DNA of 64,000 bases from Candidatus Poribacteria bacterium (GCA_963663765.2 CAXXUA010000005.1:384001-448000), one strand, 5' to 3'; positions 50,864 to 62,379 are shown, numbered from the stretch's first letter. Program-made: numbers and translations. Notes: generated from the sequence alone by a model not told the origin.

Positions 50864-53800
50864 TTGAGTTTGTTGAGGCAAAATTATATGCAACAATATA
50901 CTATTATCTGTATTCATTTCATCATTTGTATTGTTCTTCTTATTGGTTGTGGAGAAAAAGAGGACAAGGATATTCTTGCAGCACGAAAGGCAATTGTTGA
51001 AGGAGATTATGCTGCAGCGGAAATTTCAGTAAAGAATTCGCGCACTAATGATTCAGACAATCAGGAAGCGGTTTATCTTGATCGATTACTTGTATTACGT
51101 AGCAACACGGATACAAACAGTTGGCATCAAGCCATTGGTCAGATATTAGCACATCTTGCAACGTTGAATTCCGAGATTGACGCGATATCAATATTGGAGG
51201 ACCCTGATTCAGATGAACTTGATCAACAGGAACGACATATTCGGGCACGTAACTCTATATCAGGATTGTTGTCAACATCGCTTGCCCTGGCAGTTGAGAA
51301 AAGACCTGCGCTCCTTTCGGATTTAGCAAAAAGACCAGATGCTGTCGTTGTGACGGGTCTGTTAGAAGCAAGAAAATGTTATCAACCATCAGTACGCATT
51401 TCAACATCAAAACTATTACAGAAATTTCAAAGCGATACAGTTGTAGCAGATTCTTATATCACCTTATTGCAGGAAGATGCTACCCTCCACCAAGATCCGC
51501 AAATTCGAAAAGCAGCCATACAGGAATTAGGTACAATTCAAGATAACAAACTAATACCAACGTATAAAACAATTTTTAGCAGAACAGACGAAGTGCCCGA
51601 TTTAGCATATACTGCTATCGTAGCAGTTGGAACGCTATGTAAACCGCAATTTCAACCGAATCCAGAATTAGTTCCTGTTCTTCAATTAGCAACGCGAAAC
51701 AACAATGCACAAGTTAGAATGCATGCTGCGAAACTACTTGGTAGACTTCAGTCGGAAGCAGCTATCGTTGATTTGGTTAAGTTATTAGCAGATTCTAACG
51801 GATTTGTCCGAAGCACAGCAATAGATGCAATTGATAGAATTGGACTACCTGCAGTTGACACGCTTTTAAATATACTTCATTCCAGTGGAAGAAGTATCAT
51901 TCCTGATGAAGACAATGGCTATTCCGATCAATACCGTTTTATTGCAAGTGCATATATTGATGAACCTTGGAAGAAAAAATTTCGTTTGAGAGCACAATCA
52001 GCGGCGATAGATACTTTGGGAAGACTCAGAGCAGAGTCCGCTGTTTTACCTTTAATTCAACTACTTAGGAATGAAGATTTAAAAGGAGCAGCCCGTGCTG
52101 CATTGATTGCCATGCGCGGATTAGCCGTTCCTGCACTCATTGAAGCACTACAGACAAGTGAATTACCTATTCAGATTGAGTCGGCAAATGCTTTAAGCAG
52201 TATCGGTGACAGACGTGCAATTCAACCATTTGTTGACATCTTGACAGGGGAAGCACCTAAAGAAGTTAAACCGATTGCTGCAAAAGGTTTGGGTGACATG
52301 AGAGCACGTGGTACAAACAACGTAGCAATAGACGCACTTACAGCAGTTCTGGATCTGGATGATACAACGGTGACACACGCAGCGGAAGCACTTGGTAAAA
52401 TAAATGTGTCTTCAGAAGTGACGATACTCAAACTGATAGCAATTTCAATGGATAAGTTGCGTAGAGAAACTGTGCGTTCTGCAGCAATGAATGCTCTATG
52501 GCAAATGAAACCCGCAAATGCAACCCAACCGATGTTATTGCTTTTACTAAGTGATGATACAAGTGCTGTTATCCGAGCAAACGCTGTAAAAGTACTGAGT
52601 CGTATTAAAAACACGAATACATTACCCGTGCTGTTTTGGGTATTGTCAATGCAGTATGATGATATTTCCGATTTCCAAAGACAAATGAAACGGCAATATA
52701 AAACACTTGAAGCATTGCGAACCCATCTTGATTCATTGAAAATTGAGTGGACAGCAGACTATCCACGTCCGTATTATAGGATTTGGGGTGAGCTTAAACC
52801 TGTCCCCAGTCTTGTTCGTAGTGAAGTTGCTCGTTCTCTCGGTATTTTCAAGGGTGATTCTGTTGTTGAACCCCTTGTAAATGCATTAGCAGACGATCAA
52901 CGCGCCACGGTTCGACGTAGTGCTGCATGGGCACTTGGTAGAGTTGGAGGGGATGCCGCAGTAGATGCATTGATTACTGCTTTAAAGAAAGACAAACAGG
53001 GGTTTGTACGGCAAGAAGCTGCAATAGCTTTGGGGACGATCAAATCAGAGAAAAGTGCTGATCCGTTACTTGATATAATTAGGACTGATAAGTATGAAAC
53101 CGCACGTCTTGAGGCGACTAAGGCTCTCAGGGAAATAAATCCTGCGCTTGTAGATAAAGCATTAGTTGATATTATAAAAAAAGGGCTCGGTAGTTTTGAA
53201 GAAGGTTATGAAGTGTTATCAGTTCAAAATGAAGTTATCGGTGCTCTTGTTACCAACGGAAATGCGACAACAACCGGCTTTCTGCTTGACGCGCTAAAAT
53301 CTGTAGACGATGAATGGACTCATTGGGCAATCGTTTATATGTTGGGAGTTATACATGATAGTTCAGCATTGGACACAATGCTTGAAGCGTTGGATAATCC
53401 GAGTTTTGTTATACGTAAAGAAGCAGTGACTCGACTTGGTGGATTTAAAGACCGAAAAACTGTGGATCCTTTAATAGCCATTCTTGAAAACACCGATGAA
53501 TCTGTTACGATTCGTGCAGCAGCAATTTATTCACTAAATGTTCTTCGTGATGAACGTGCAGCTCCGGCACTCCGTGAAGCACTGAATGACGAGAACAGCG
53601 CTATAAGGTTACAAGCTGTGTCTGCTTTAGGTGGTATCAAAGATGCAAAATCAGTATTAAAATTGAGTGAAATGATAAACAATCTGTTAGAAACAGATGC
53701 TATTCGTGCTGCTGCTGTAGCTGCTCTTGGAAATATCGGAGATCCATCATCTGAAGATCTGTTTCTCCGTGCTATTGATGTCAGAATTGGCAATATCTCA

Positions 53801-54745
53801 AACAATGCAATTACTGCGCTCGGTAAGCTAAAAAGCACAATAGCGGTTCCTCGTCTTATAGAAATTTTGGAAGATAAACGGATTCCATTAGATACAAGCA
53901 CTGCTGCTATAGCAAACTCCTCACCCCGGATAAAAGCTGCGGTAGCATTAGGGTCAATTGAGGGACCTGAAGCAACACTCGCTTTGGCGAATCGAATCAT
54001 TGATGATACAGAGTTTATTGTCGCACTTGAGGATGCAGGAAATAGACGAAATTTAGCACTCAATGATAGGAAACGAAACTGGAGCTGGGAAGTAATTGTC
54101 AAATCTGCTAAGAAACTTCAACTACCTGAGTTCATTGCAGAAAATATGCAAACTCGTACAGAAGACAAATGGGAAGGAAAACCAATTAGAAATGCAGCGT
54201 CTGTTGCATTAGGACGCACTCGGTCACTTGATGTTCCTGAACTCAAAACAGCACTCGCTGAATCTGATGTTGATACACGAAAAGACACTGCACGGAAAAT
54301 TGGAGAAACGGGATCAGTTGCCCTAATCCCTGACCTTATCCTTGTAGCAAACGGAGAAAATGAGGACAACAAAGATGTCCGACGATTAGCAACACAGGCT
54401 TTAGGAGAACTTGCTGACGCATCAACGACTGATCCGTTGATTGAAGTTTTGAATAACATAGAAAATCATATTGAAATCCGCAGAGACGCTGCGCGTGCTC
54501 TCGGAAAAATTGCTACGGATAGCGCGGTTTCAGCACTCAATGCAATGTTAACAGAGTTGCATTCCAACCAAACTGAACGTGCCCTTCGTTTAGATGTTAT
54601 AAGAGCCATGGGAGATGCAAAAAACAGCAGTAGTACAAACATTTTGGAAACGGTCTTGGAAGATACTGATGCAGATATCCATTTCCTTGCAGCGTCTGCG
54701 CTTTATGAAATTACTGGCAATGGATATGGTTATGATAGGTTATAA
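50864..54745 (+). CDS. Large HEAT-repeat lipoprotein
   Basis: Lipobox 'LLIGC' (ATG likely 50888); many HEAT/PBS-lyase repeats ('VRRSAAWALGRVG', 'VRQEAAIALG', 'IRLQAVSALG'). Confidence 0.88.
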   Translation: MSLLRQNYMQQYTIICIHFIICIVLLIGCGEKEDKDILAARKAIVEGDYAAAEISVKNSRTNDSDNQEAVYLDRLLVLRSNTDTNSWHQAIGQILAHLATLNSEIDAISILEDPDSDELDQQERHIRARNSISGLLSTSLALAVEKRPALLSDLAKRPDAVVVTGLLEARKCYQPSVRISTSKLLQKFQSDTVVADSYITLLQEDATLHQDPQIRKAAIQELGTIQDNKLIPTYKTIFSRTDEVPDLAYTAIVAVGTLCKPQFQPNPELVPVLQLATRNNNAQVRMHAAKLLGRLQSEAAIVDLVKLLADSNGFVRSTAIDAIDRIGLPAVDTLLNILHSSGRSIIPDEDNGYSDQYRFIASAYIDEPWKKKFRLRAQSAAIDTLGRLRAESAVLPLIQLLRNEDLKGAARAALIAMRGLAVPALIEALQTSELPIQIESANALSSIGDRRAIQPFVDILTGEAPKEVKPIAAKGLGDMRARGTNNVAIDALTAVLDLDDTTVTHAAEALGKINVSSEVTILKLIAISMDKLRRETVRSAAMNALWQMKPANATQPMLLLLLSDDTSAVIRANAVKVLSRIKNTNTLPVLFWVLSMQYDDISDFQRQMKRQYKTLEALRTHLDSLKIEWTADYPRPYYRIWGELKPVPSLVRSEVARSLGIFKGDSVVEPLVNALADDQRATVRRSAAWALGRVGGDAAVDALITALKKDKQGFVRQEAAIALGTIKSEKSADPLLDIIRTDKYETARLEATKALREINPALVDKALVDIIKKGLGSFEEGYEVLSVQNEVIGALVTNGNATTTGFLLDALKSVDDEWTHWAIVYMLGVIHDSSALDTMLEALDNPSFVIRKEAVTRLGGFKDRKTVDPLIAILENTDESVTIRAAAIYSLNVLRDERAAPALREALNDENSAIRLQAVSALGGIKDAKSVLKLSEMINNLLETDAIRAAAVAALGNIGDPSSEDLFLRAIDVRIGNISNNAITALGKLKSTIAVPRLIEILEDKRIPLDTSTAAIANSSPRIKAAVALGSIEGPEATLALANRIIDDTEFIVALEDAGNRRNLALNDRKRNWSWEVIVKSAKKLQLPEFIAENMQTRTEDKWEGKPIRNAASVALGRTRSLDVPELKTALAESDVDTRKDTARKIGETGSVALIPDLILVANGENEDNKDVRRLATQALGELADASTTDPLIEVLNNIENHIEIRRDAARALGKIATDSAVSALNAMLTELHSNQTERALRLDVIRAMGDAKNSSSTNILETVLEDTDADIHFLAASALYEITGNGYGYDRL

Positions 54746-54768
54746 TAAGGTAATGAGGGGGTAATTTC

Positions 54769-57700
54769 ATGACACAACGAATAACAGTATCATTCCTGTT
54801 TATCTGCCTTCTGATGAGTTGTTCACAAGTTGAACACTCTTCAGAATACGTAAATATACCCGATGAAAAACTGGCAGAAGTTCTAAGACACAAATTAAAT
54901 CTAAATCCAGTTGGCCGGATACCCAAAAAAGAGCTATCAGAATTAACTGAATTGAGGATACAATCCTATCAAAAAATAAAAAGCTTAAAAGGATTAGAGC
55001 ATGCAACTGGACTTACAGACTTTAGGATATCTGGTAGTTATGAAATTGAAGACCTCTCCCTACTTTCAAACTTTACAAAGTTAGAGGACTTAGTTATCTC
55101 TTTCAATAGTGTCAGCAACATAAAACCGCTGGAAAAGTTAACAAATCTCACTGGGTTGACCCTCAATTATAATAGCATAAGTGACCTCAAACCACTTGCC
55201 AAGTTAACGAAACTTGAAAAATTATACATCGCGCGTAATCCAATATCCGATCTCACTCCGCTCAAAAAGTTGATGAATCTCAAGTCTTTGTGGCTTGTGG
55301 AAATTGAAGAGGTAAGAGACATTAGTCCTATCGCCGGTCTAACCCAACTCAAAGAGTTAACATTAGCTAATATACATATAAACGATCTTGCACCGCTCGC
55401 GGAACTGAAAAACCTGACTAAACTGAACCTAAACGACAATTACATTAGCGATATATCCGCACTATCCGGCTTGACAAACCTGACAGAGTTGAGTCTATAC
55501 CACAATCTTGTGAAAGACACCTCACCGCTCGCAGAGTTGACGAACTTGACATACTTATTACTTCACAGTTCAATCAATGATATATCCGCACTTGCTGGAT
55601 TGACAAAACTTGAAAATCTGATGCTCTATGCGAATTACATCACAGACATTACGCCGCTTGCTGACTTAACCAATCTTACTGAACTGAGACTTGAAGATAA
55701 TCAAATTTCAGACATCACACCGCTTGCTGACTTAACCAATCTTACGACATTACGACTGCATAACAATCAAATATCGGACATTACACCGCTTCGTGGTATG
55801 ACAAAGCTTCTTGTATTAGAACTTCGTAAAAACAATATCCAAGATGTTACGCCACTTGCAAATCTAACGAATCTTAACGCACTCTCCCTTGGTGGGAACA
55901 ATATTACTGATATTTCACCACTTGCCAAACTAACAAAACTGACACATTTAGGTCTTGCTTATAACGCTATCAAAGACATCAGTGTTGTTGAAAATTTCAC
56001 TGCTTTAGAGGAGCTAAATGTAAAACAGAATCCTGTCCAAAATTTGACCACGATTGATAAGATACAGAGTCATAATCCGGCATTACTTCAACCACCAACA
56101 AATAGACGGAGTAGAGAAACGCCTGAATTCGGTTATGTTGTTGCACGGCACGAAACGCCATCCGGTCTACCTACATCGGCCAAAGCACGACTCGGCAAAG
56201 GCGGAATCAATGTTATGCGGTTTTCACCAGATGGAACGCAATTGGCTGTCGGTACCGATGTCGGTTTGACAATTTACGATGTCTTTTCTGGAAATGAAAA
56301 GGGAATAGGCAGCAAAATAACTGCCGAAATCAATGCTATCGCGTTTTCCCATGACGGTAAGTTGCTTGCGTGTGGAGGTGCCTCAAACCCAGTGATACAG
56401 ATATGGAATCTACAGTATGGAAAAGAATTACCCGCCATTCCAGTCCCCGATGGTGGCAGGATAAATGACAGACTGAAATATGCGGTTACTGCTTTAGCAT
56501 TTACAAAGGATAATAATAAACTGATTAGCTTGGATGATGACGGAAATGTAAAACACTGGGATATAACAGTTGGTAGTAATACACCTATATTAGACATAAA
56601 TACTTACGGAGATAGTAACAATGTGTTTTCAATCTCTCATGACGGCAGTCATTTTGTATCACACACATATAAGGATAAACTTAAGATATGGGATACAACG
56701 AAAGACGAACCCATTGCAACACTCAAGGGGCATTCCCGTTTCCTTGATGGATGGCGACCCTTCAAAGATAAAAACAAACGACAAAAGGCAGATGTTCTTG
56801 CATTAGACTTCTCTTATGATGGGAAATATATCGCAAGTGGTAGTAAAGACATGACGGTACGTTTGTGGGATACGAAACGCCGCAAAAAACGCCATACGTT
56901 GAAAGGACATACAGGATGGGTTACCTCTGTTGCATTATCAAAAGATGGCAATACGGTCGCAAGCGGTGATACTGATGGTATACTCCGATTATGGGAAACA
57001 GAGGATGGTAAAGAGGTAGCGACACTCAAGGGTCATACTAATTCGATTGTCGCATTGAGATTCACGCCTGATGGGAAAACACTTGCAAGTGCCAGTGCTG
57101 ATGGCACAATACGATTCTGGGAAGTAAACAGTGGTGAAGAAATAAAGGTCTTTGCAACTGGACACACAGAATCGGTGAAAGCCATAGCGTTCTCCTCAGA
57201 TGGTTTTACCCTTTCATGTGCAATGTTCAATGGAACCGTCCAAAAATATGACATTGCAACACAGAAACAACTCTCAACCCTTACTACCGAGTCGCAAATC
57301 GTCGCCGAACAGGTAGTGCTTACACCTGACGCATCGCTGTTAGCATGTAAACCCTTAGAGAATCCTATAGTTTTCAATATAAAGGGAACAGAGTACGATC
57401 AATACGCTTCGTCTCACCGAATTCCGGGAAATTTTAGGGTATGGGATGTGTTGACTGGTAAAGAACTCCCCACGCAGATGTCCGCAAGAGACATCGTCTT
57501 ATCACAGAATAACAAATATATTGCAAGACACAAATGGAATCAGATCAACGTATCTGATGTGAGAAATGGGAATGATCTCTTTCAGATTGACATTGAAAAT
57601 GACTCAATACTCTTCTCACCCAACAGCAAGCTACTTGTCACAGGTGAATGGTCTTCTAACCCATCAGAGATATGGGATGTACAAGAACAGAAACGGCTTG

Positions 57701-58137
57701 CAACGCTTGGTACAGGTGATGAACCGATTGTATTTTCTGCTGATGGAAATATACTCGCCTGTAATCATAGTAATGATGTTATTTTTTGGGACTTGAGTGT
57801 ACCAGAAGAACCACTCTTTATTGGAGAGATAGGTGCATTTCACTCATCTCTGTATAACAGTTCTAATACAATATCTCCTGATAACACCATTTATCTCCAA
57901 TCAAAGCATCTCTTGGATGATTGGTTCTGTGAAGCACAGATTCAGTTATGGGATATCAATAGTGGAAATATGTTGTTAACACTCTATGGTCATACAGAAT
58001 CAATAAATACGCTAACCTTCTCACCCGATGGAAAAACGCTTGCAAGTGGTTCTGAAGATGGTACTGTGCTATTGTGGGATTGGGATGACATCCTAAACGA
58101 TGTCCGATTGAAAAACAGACTGGGTGATGATAGATAA
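54769..58137 (+). CDS. Lipoprotein with internalin-like leucine-rich repeats and a WD40 beta-propeller
   Basis: Lipobox 'LLMSC', cap 'VNIPDEKL', 22-aa LRRs 'LTNLTEL.L..NQISDITPL', WD40 'LKGHT..V.SVA.S.DG.TLAS.S.DGTIR.W'. Confidence 0.92.
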   Translation: MTQRITVSFLFICLLMSCSQVEHSSEYVNIPDEKLAEVLRHKLNLNPVGRIPKKELSELTELRIQSYQKIKSLKGLEHATGLTDFRISGSYEIEDLSLLSNFTKLEDLVISFNSVSNIKPLEKLTNLTGLTLNYNSISDLKPLAKLTKLEKLYIARNPISDLTPLKKLMNLKSLWLVEIEEVRDISPIAGLTQLKELTLANIHINDLAPLAELKNLTKLNLNDNYISDISALSGLTNLTELSLYHNLVKDTSPLAELTNLTYLLLHSSINDISALAGLTKLENLMLYANYITDITPLADLTNLTELRLEDNQISDITPLADLTNLTTLRLHNNQISDITPLRGMTKLLVLELRKNNIQDVTPLANLTNLNALSLGGNNITDISPLAKLTKLTHLGLAYNAIKDISVVENFTALEELNVKQNPVQNLTTIDKIQSHNPALLQPPTNRRSRETPEFGYVVARHETPSGLPTSAKARLGKGGINVMRFSPDGTQLAVGTDVGLTIYDVFSGNEKGIGSKITAEINAIAFSHDGKLLACGGASNPVIQIWNLQYGKELPAIPVPDGGRINDRLKYAVTALAFTKDNNKLISLDDDGNVKHWDITVGSNTPILDINTYGDSNNVFSISHDGSHFVSHTYKDKLKIWDTTKDEPIATLKGHSRFLDGWRPFKDKNKRQKADVLALDFSYDGKYIASGSKDMTVRLWDTKRRKKRHTLKGHTGWVTSVALSKDGNTVASGDTDGILRLWETEDGKEVATLKGHTNSIVALRFTPDGKTLASASADGTIRFWEVNSGEEIKVFATGHTESVKAIAFSSDGFTLSCAMFNGTVQKYDIATQKQLSTLTTESQIVAEQVVLTPDASLLACKPLENPIVFNIKGTEYDQYASSHRIPGNFRVWDVLTGKELPTQMSARDIVLSQNNKYIARHKWNQINVSDVRNGNDLFQIDIENDSILFSPNSKLLVTGEWSSNPSEIWDVQEQKRLATLGTGDEPIVFSADGNILACNHSNDVIFWDLSVPEEPLFIGEIGAFHSSLYNSSNTISPDNTIYLQSKHLLDDWFCEAQIQLWDINSGNMLLTLYGHTESINTLTFSPDGKTLASGSEDGTVLLWDWDDILNDVRLKNRLGDDR

Positions 58138-58302
58138 GCAATTTAGTGAGATTGTTTATTGTCTGAACGTGTAGATGCAAATCAAAGGTTACTAAAGGCA
58201 AATCATTGCAATTTAGACAGGTAGTCAATAGAAACCAAAAAACTGAATTTGTGATCTTTCATAAGAATGGTAAAATTCATTAACATTAAAAAGGAAACGC
58301 TT

Positions 58303-58626
58303 ATGGCATTTTTTGAATTACGTCAATATAGAACGCAACCCGGTCAACATGAGAACTGGGTGAAATACATGGAAGAAACGGTGATACCGTTCCAGATTTC
58401 TAAAGGCATGGTCGTCATTGGTAGTTTCATCGGTGAAGAGGAAGATGACCTTTACGTCTGGATTCGTCGGTTTGAAAGTGAGGAACAACGTGAAAAACTA
58501 TACGCAGCGGTTTATGAAGATGAACGTTGGGTAAATGAAATATCTGCGCGTGTGGGGGAACTCATTGATAGAACAAAGATCGTTGTTACACGGATGGAAC
58601 CGACCTCAATATCGCCACATCAATAA
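58303..58626 (+). CDS. NIPSNAP family protein
   Basis: 'FFELRQY..PGQ..WVKYME..IPFQ..GM', 'YVWIRRFESE'; AAGGA RBS before ATG 58303. Confidence 0.88.
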   Translation: MAFFELRQYRTQPGQHENWVKYMEETVIPFQISKGMVVIGSFIGEEEDDLYVWIRRFESEEQREKLYAAVYEDERWVNEISARVGELIDRTKIVVTRMEPTSISPHQ

Positions 58627-58644
58627 CAACAATGGAGATGGATT

Positions 58645-59391
58645 ATGAACGCTGAAGAAAAATATCTGTTTGACCTGTGGGGATATGTCAATATTGAGGG
58701 CGTTTTAGGTGCAGATGAACTTACGGAATTGAATGCACTGATTGATGCACAAGACTATCCGGAACCTGCTGACGATAACATCCATTCGCAACGATTTGGT
58801 GGATTCTTAAAATGGGAAGACGAGGCTTTTCGCAATCTTCTGAACCATCCCCGTATAATGCCGTGTTTAGCAGAGATCGTCGGTCCAAAATTCCGACTTG
58901 ACCATGTTTATGGTATCCTGATGATAGATGGTAACCCTGGTGGCACACTACATGGTGGTGGCACACCTTACGATCCATCACAGTATTATGTCTTTCGTAA
59001 TAATCGGATGTATAATGGTTTGACAGTTGTATCTTGGGCATTGACAGATATGCTACCTGGACACGGAGGATTCTGCTGTATTCCAGGTAGTCATAAGAGT
59101 AACTATCCGTGTCCACCGCAGTTCCGTCCCGTTGAGAAAAATAACACATGTATGGCACCCGTACATCAAAAAGCAGGTGATGCTGTCATCTTCACGGAAG
59201 CGTTGACACACGGCACATTGCCGTGGATTGCTTCACATCAACGTCGTTCCATTCTCTTCAAGTATTCCCCTGGACATGCTTCATGGGGACGAGAAAGATA
59301 TGACGAAGCACTCCTTAACATGATGTCTGAGGAAGATCAGAAGTTGATGCTGGAACCGCCTTATGTTTCGCATCGAAAACCTGTTGTTTAG
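58645..59391 (+). CDS. Phytanoyl-CoA dioxygenase (PhyH) family protein
   Basis: 'KYLFDLWGY', 'LHGG', 'GGFCCIPGSHK', 'AGDAVIFTEALTHGT', 'RRSILFKY'. Confidence 0.9.
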   Translation: MNAEEKYLFDLWGYVNIEGVLGADELTELNALIDAQDYPEPADDNIHSQRFGGFLKWEDEAFRNLLNHPRIMPCLAEIVGPKFRLDHVYGILMIDGNPGGTLHGGGTPYDPSQYYVFRNNRMYNGLTVVSWALTDMLPGHGGFCCIPGSHKSNYPCPPQFRPVEKNNTCMAPVHQKAGDAVIFTEALTHGTLPWIASHQRRSILFKYSPGHASWGRERYDEALLNMMSEEDQKLMLEPPYVSHRKPVV

Positions 59392-59463
59392 AATTGTTTT
59401 CTTGTAAAATGGGGTCTACATCCCCGAATAACCGATTTACTCAACAGCACTCGACTTATAGTT

Positions 59464-59621
59464 CAGGACTTACGCACTCAACGGTAGGCGGGGAATGCCT
59501 AAACGGCATTCATACCGTTGATTTGGTGCTTTGTAAGCGCGCCGGAAACCTAAAAAATGCTGAAAATTACATCGTTTTCGTCTTAATTCTTGATTGGATC
59601 ATGAAAACTGCGTAAGTCCTG
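59464..59621. mobile_element. MITE family A copy with inserted hairpin module, TSD AGTT
   Basis: CAGGACTTACGCA...TGCGTAAGTCCTG flanked by AGTT; extra GGGGAATGCCTAAACGGCATTCATACCGTTGATTT at 59490-59524. Confidence 0.82.
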
Positions 59622-59772
59622 AGTTTTAATTTTGATTAGAATATCCTTTATTGCAATTATTAGTCATCAACTATTGTTTGAGAATTGAATGTGCAAATTA
59701 TAAAAAGAAAAGTTTGACAGTCCATAGAAGAACACTGATAACCAATCACTAACAACCATTTAAGGAGAAAAT

Positions 59773-61110
59773 ATGCCTTCAAGACCTAATGTAGTATTTA
59801 TGATCGCTGATGACCATCGTTGGGATGCCATTGCAGGTATGGGTGACCCGACGGTGAAAACACCAACGATGGATTCCCTAATGGAACGTGGTACGACCTA
59901 CCAGCGAACGCATATAATGGGGTCCCTTGTAGGCGCTGTATGTGTTCCGAGTCGTGCAGCAGTTCTTACAGGTGCGAATCTATTTCGTAGTGGTGGAAAT
60001 CAGATTAACCCTGATTTGGCGGTTTGGCCGCATGTGATGAGAGAAGCAGGATACCACACATTTTTTAGTGGTAAATGGCACAACGATAGGCAAACTTTTT
60101 CAAAGAGTTTTGACGATGCTGCTAAGATTTTCTTCGGTGGCATGGGTAACCAATATAAAGTACCAGTTTTTGATTTCGATCCGACAGGCAAATATCCTAA
60201 AGAAGATAGATATATTGGTGACAAGTTCTCTTCGACACTGTTTACAGACGCTGCTGTGCAGTTCTTAGAGGACTATGACCAAACAGATCCGTTTTTCCTT
60301 TACCTTTCCTTTACATCACCACATGATCCGAGGACACCTCCAGGAGAATATGCGACGATGTATTCACCTGAAGAGATACCACTTCCAGCGAACTTTTATC
60401 CTCAACACCCATTTGACAATGGAGAGATGCGAATACGAGATGAAAAATTAGCACCGTTTCCACGCACGCCTGAAGTTGTTCAGCAACATATTGCCGATTA
60501 CTACGGTATGATCAGCAGTCAAGATTACGAAATGGGAAGAGTGATAGAAACGTTAGAAGCAAAAGGATGTTTGGATAATACAATCGTTATCTATACGTCT
60601 GATCACGGACTTGCTGTCGGTCAACACGGATTGTTTGGTAAGCAGAATCTCTATGAGCATAGTATCCGTGTGCCATCTATTTTTACAGGTCCAGGTGTCT
60701 CTGAAGGTGTAACAGTAGATGAATTGACCTATCTCTACGATGTTTTTCCCACTGTGTGTGATCTAACAGATATTGAATGTCCTGATACTGTTGAAGGTAC
60801 GAGTTTAGTTCCGTTAATGGAAGGTTGTGTTGATAAGGTTCGCGATTCTGTTTTTGCTGCCTACAAGGACATTCATCGCACTGTCAGCGATGGTCGTTGG
60901 AAACTCATTCGTAATTATGTCTCTAAAGAAACTGGAAAAGGGACAGATTGTCTGCAGTTGTTTGATCTTGAAAATGATCCGTGGGAAATTGCAAACCTTT
61001 CGGATCTGACTGAACATCAGGATCGTATCAAGACATTGGCAGCTGAACTAAATAGATGGCAAAACGAGACTGATGACTTTATGAAAGATGTTCCGGTATT
61101 GTTGGGATAG
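59773..61110 (+). CDS. Sulfatase (choline-sulfatase-like)
   Basis: 'RPNVVFMIADDH', 'AVCVPSRA..LTG', 'GKWHN', 'SPHDP', 'SDHGLAVGQHGLFGKQNLYE'. Confidence 0.93.
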   Translation: MPSRPNVVFMIADDHRWDAIAGMGDPTVKTPTMDSLMERGTTYQRTHIMGSLVGAVCVPSRAAVLTGANLFRSGGNQINPDLAVWPHVMREAGYHTFFSGKWHNDRQTFSKSFDDAAKIFFGGMGNQYKVPVFDFDPTGKYPKEDRYIGDKFSSTLFTDAAVQFLEDYDQTDPFFLYLSFTSPHDPRTPPGEYATMYSPEEIPLPANFYPQHPFDNGEMRIRDEKLAPFPRTPEVVQQHIADYYGMISSQDYEMGRVIETLEAKGCLDNTIVIYTSDHGLAVGQHGLFGKQNLYEHSIRVPSIFTGPGVSEGVTVDELTYLYDVFPTVCDLTDIECPDTVEGTSLVPLMEGCVDKVRDSVFAAYKDIHRTVSDGRWKLIRNYVSKETGKGTDCLQLFDLENDPWEIANLSDLTEHQDRIKTLAAELNRWQNETDDFMKDVPVLLG

Positions 61111-61188
61111 TTCATTTGTTTACTTGTCTGAATCAGGTTTCTAATAAGAAACTTGGTTCAGACTTAAGAATAAACGTTACTTAGTCAA

Positions 61189-62337
61189 TTATTGAGTACG
61201 TAACATTTTACCAATAACGAGTAAGCGTGCAGTTTGCTCAGCTGTGTCTGTGATCAATCGTTGTGCGTCCTCAACCGCCTCATCAAGTGACATTGGTGCT
61301 TGCGCTATTCCCACCATTGCATCAATCCCTTCGTCATAGACTTTCTCAGCTCCTTCTCCAATTCCACCCGCAATTGCAATGACAGGGATATTTTCTGCCT
61401 TTGCTATCTTTGCTACACCAACAGGTGTTTTCCCGTAAGCAGTTTGGTAATCAATTTGTCCCTCACCAGTAATGACAAGGGATGCGTCTTTCATTCGCTC
61501 CTTGAGATTGACGGTATCTATGACTATATCGACTCCCAGTTTTAGTTCTGCATTGAGAAATGCCATGAGTCCAGCACCTAAGCCACCTGCTGCCCCTGCA
61601 CCTGGTATGTCATTATAGGATTGTCCAAATGTGTTTGTTAATATTGAATCATAGTGTTTTAGGTTTGCGTCAAGTGTCTTTACCATCTCTGGTGTTGCGC
61701 CTTTCTGAGGACCGTATACTTGTGAAGCACCATTTGGACCGGTCAACGGGTTGTTGACATCACACGCGACAACTGTTTCTGTATCAGCAATTGCAGGGTG
61801 TAGGTCAGTCAAATCAATAGATTCCAACTTTGCTAATCCACCCCCTCCACGTTCAATTGGTATTCCATTTTTGTTGGTGAATTTCACGCCAAGTGCTTCC
61901 GCCATCCCAAATCCACCATCGTTGGTTGCACTTCCGCCTATACCGATGATGAGTCGTCTGCAACCTGCATCTAATGCAGCATTTATGAGTTGTCCGGTAC
62001 CATAGGTAGATGTTTTTAGGGGGTTTCTTTTTTCAGTAGGGACAAGTGGAAGACCGGATGCTGCTGCCATTTCAATGACAGCGGTCTTACCATCAGCAAG
62101 TATTCCAAATTTGGCATCTATTTCGTTATCAATTGGATCAAGTACTTGCGTAGTCTTGATTTTGCCATCTGTCGCGTCTACAAGAGATTGGACGGTACCT
62201 TCTCCACCATCAGCCATTGGAATTTTTTCAATGATAGCATCAGGAAACACGCGGTGTAGTCCTTGTTCTATAGCATATGCAGCTTGAAGTGCTGTTACAC
62301 TTCCTTTGAATGAATCGGGGGCGACGACAATTTTCAT
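61189..62337 (-). CDS. glxK: Glycerate kinase (GlxK/GarK family)
   Basis: 'MKIVVAPDSFKGS', 'PMADGGEGT', 'GIGGSATNDGG', 'GPQKGA', 'GAGAAGG', 'ITGEG..D.QT..GK'. Confidence 0.93.
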   Translation of the reverse strand: MKIVVAPDSFKGSVTALQAAYAIEQGLHRVFPDAIIEKIPMADGGEGTVQSLVDATDGKIKTTQVLDPIDNEIDAKFGILADGKTAVIEMAAASGLPLVPTEKRNPLKTSTYGTGQLINAALDAGCRRLIIGIGGSATNDGGFGMAEALGVKFTNKNGIPIERGGGGLAKLESIDLTDLHPAIADTETVVACDVNNPLTGPNGASQVYGPQKGATPEMVKTLDANLKHYDSILTNTFGQSYNDIPGAGAAGGLGAGLMAFLNAELKLGVDIVIDTVNLKERMKDASLVITGEGQIDYQTAYGKTPVGVAKIAKAENIPVIAIAGGIGEGAEKVYDEGIDAMVGIAQAPMSLDEAVEDAQRLITDTAEQTARLLVIGKMLRTQ

Positions 62338-62379
62338 ATCAGATGATCAATGGATGTCAAAATTCCTATCTGTGCGAAT

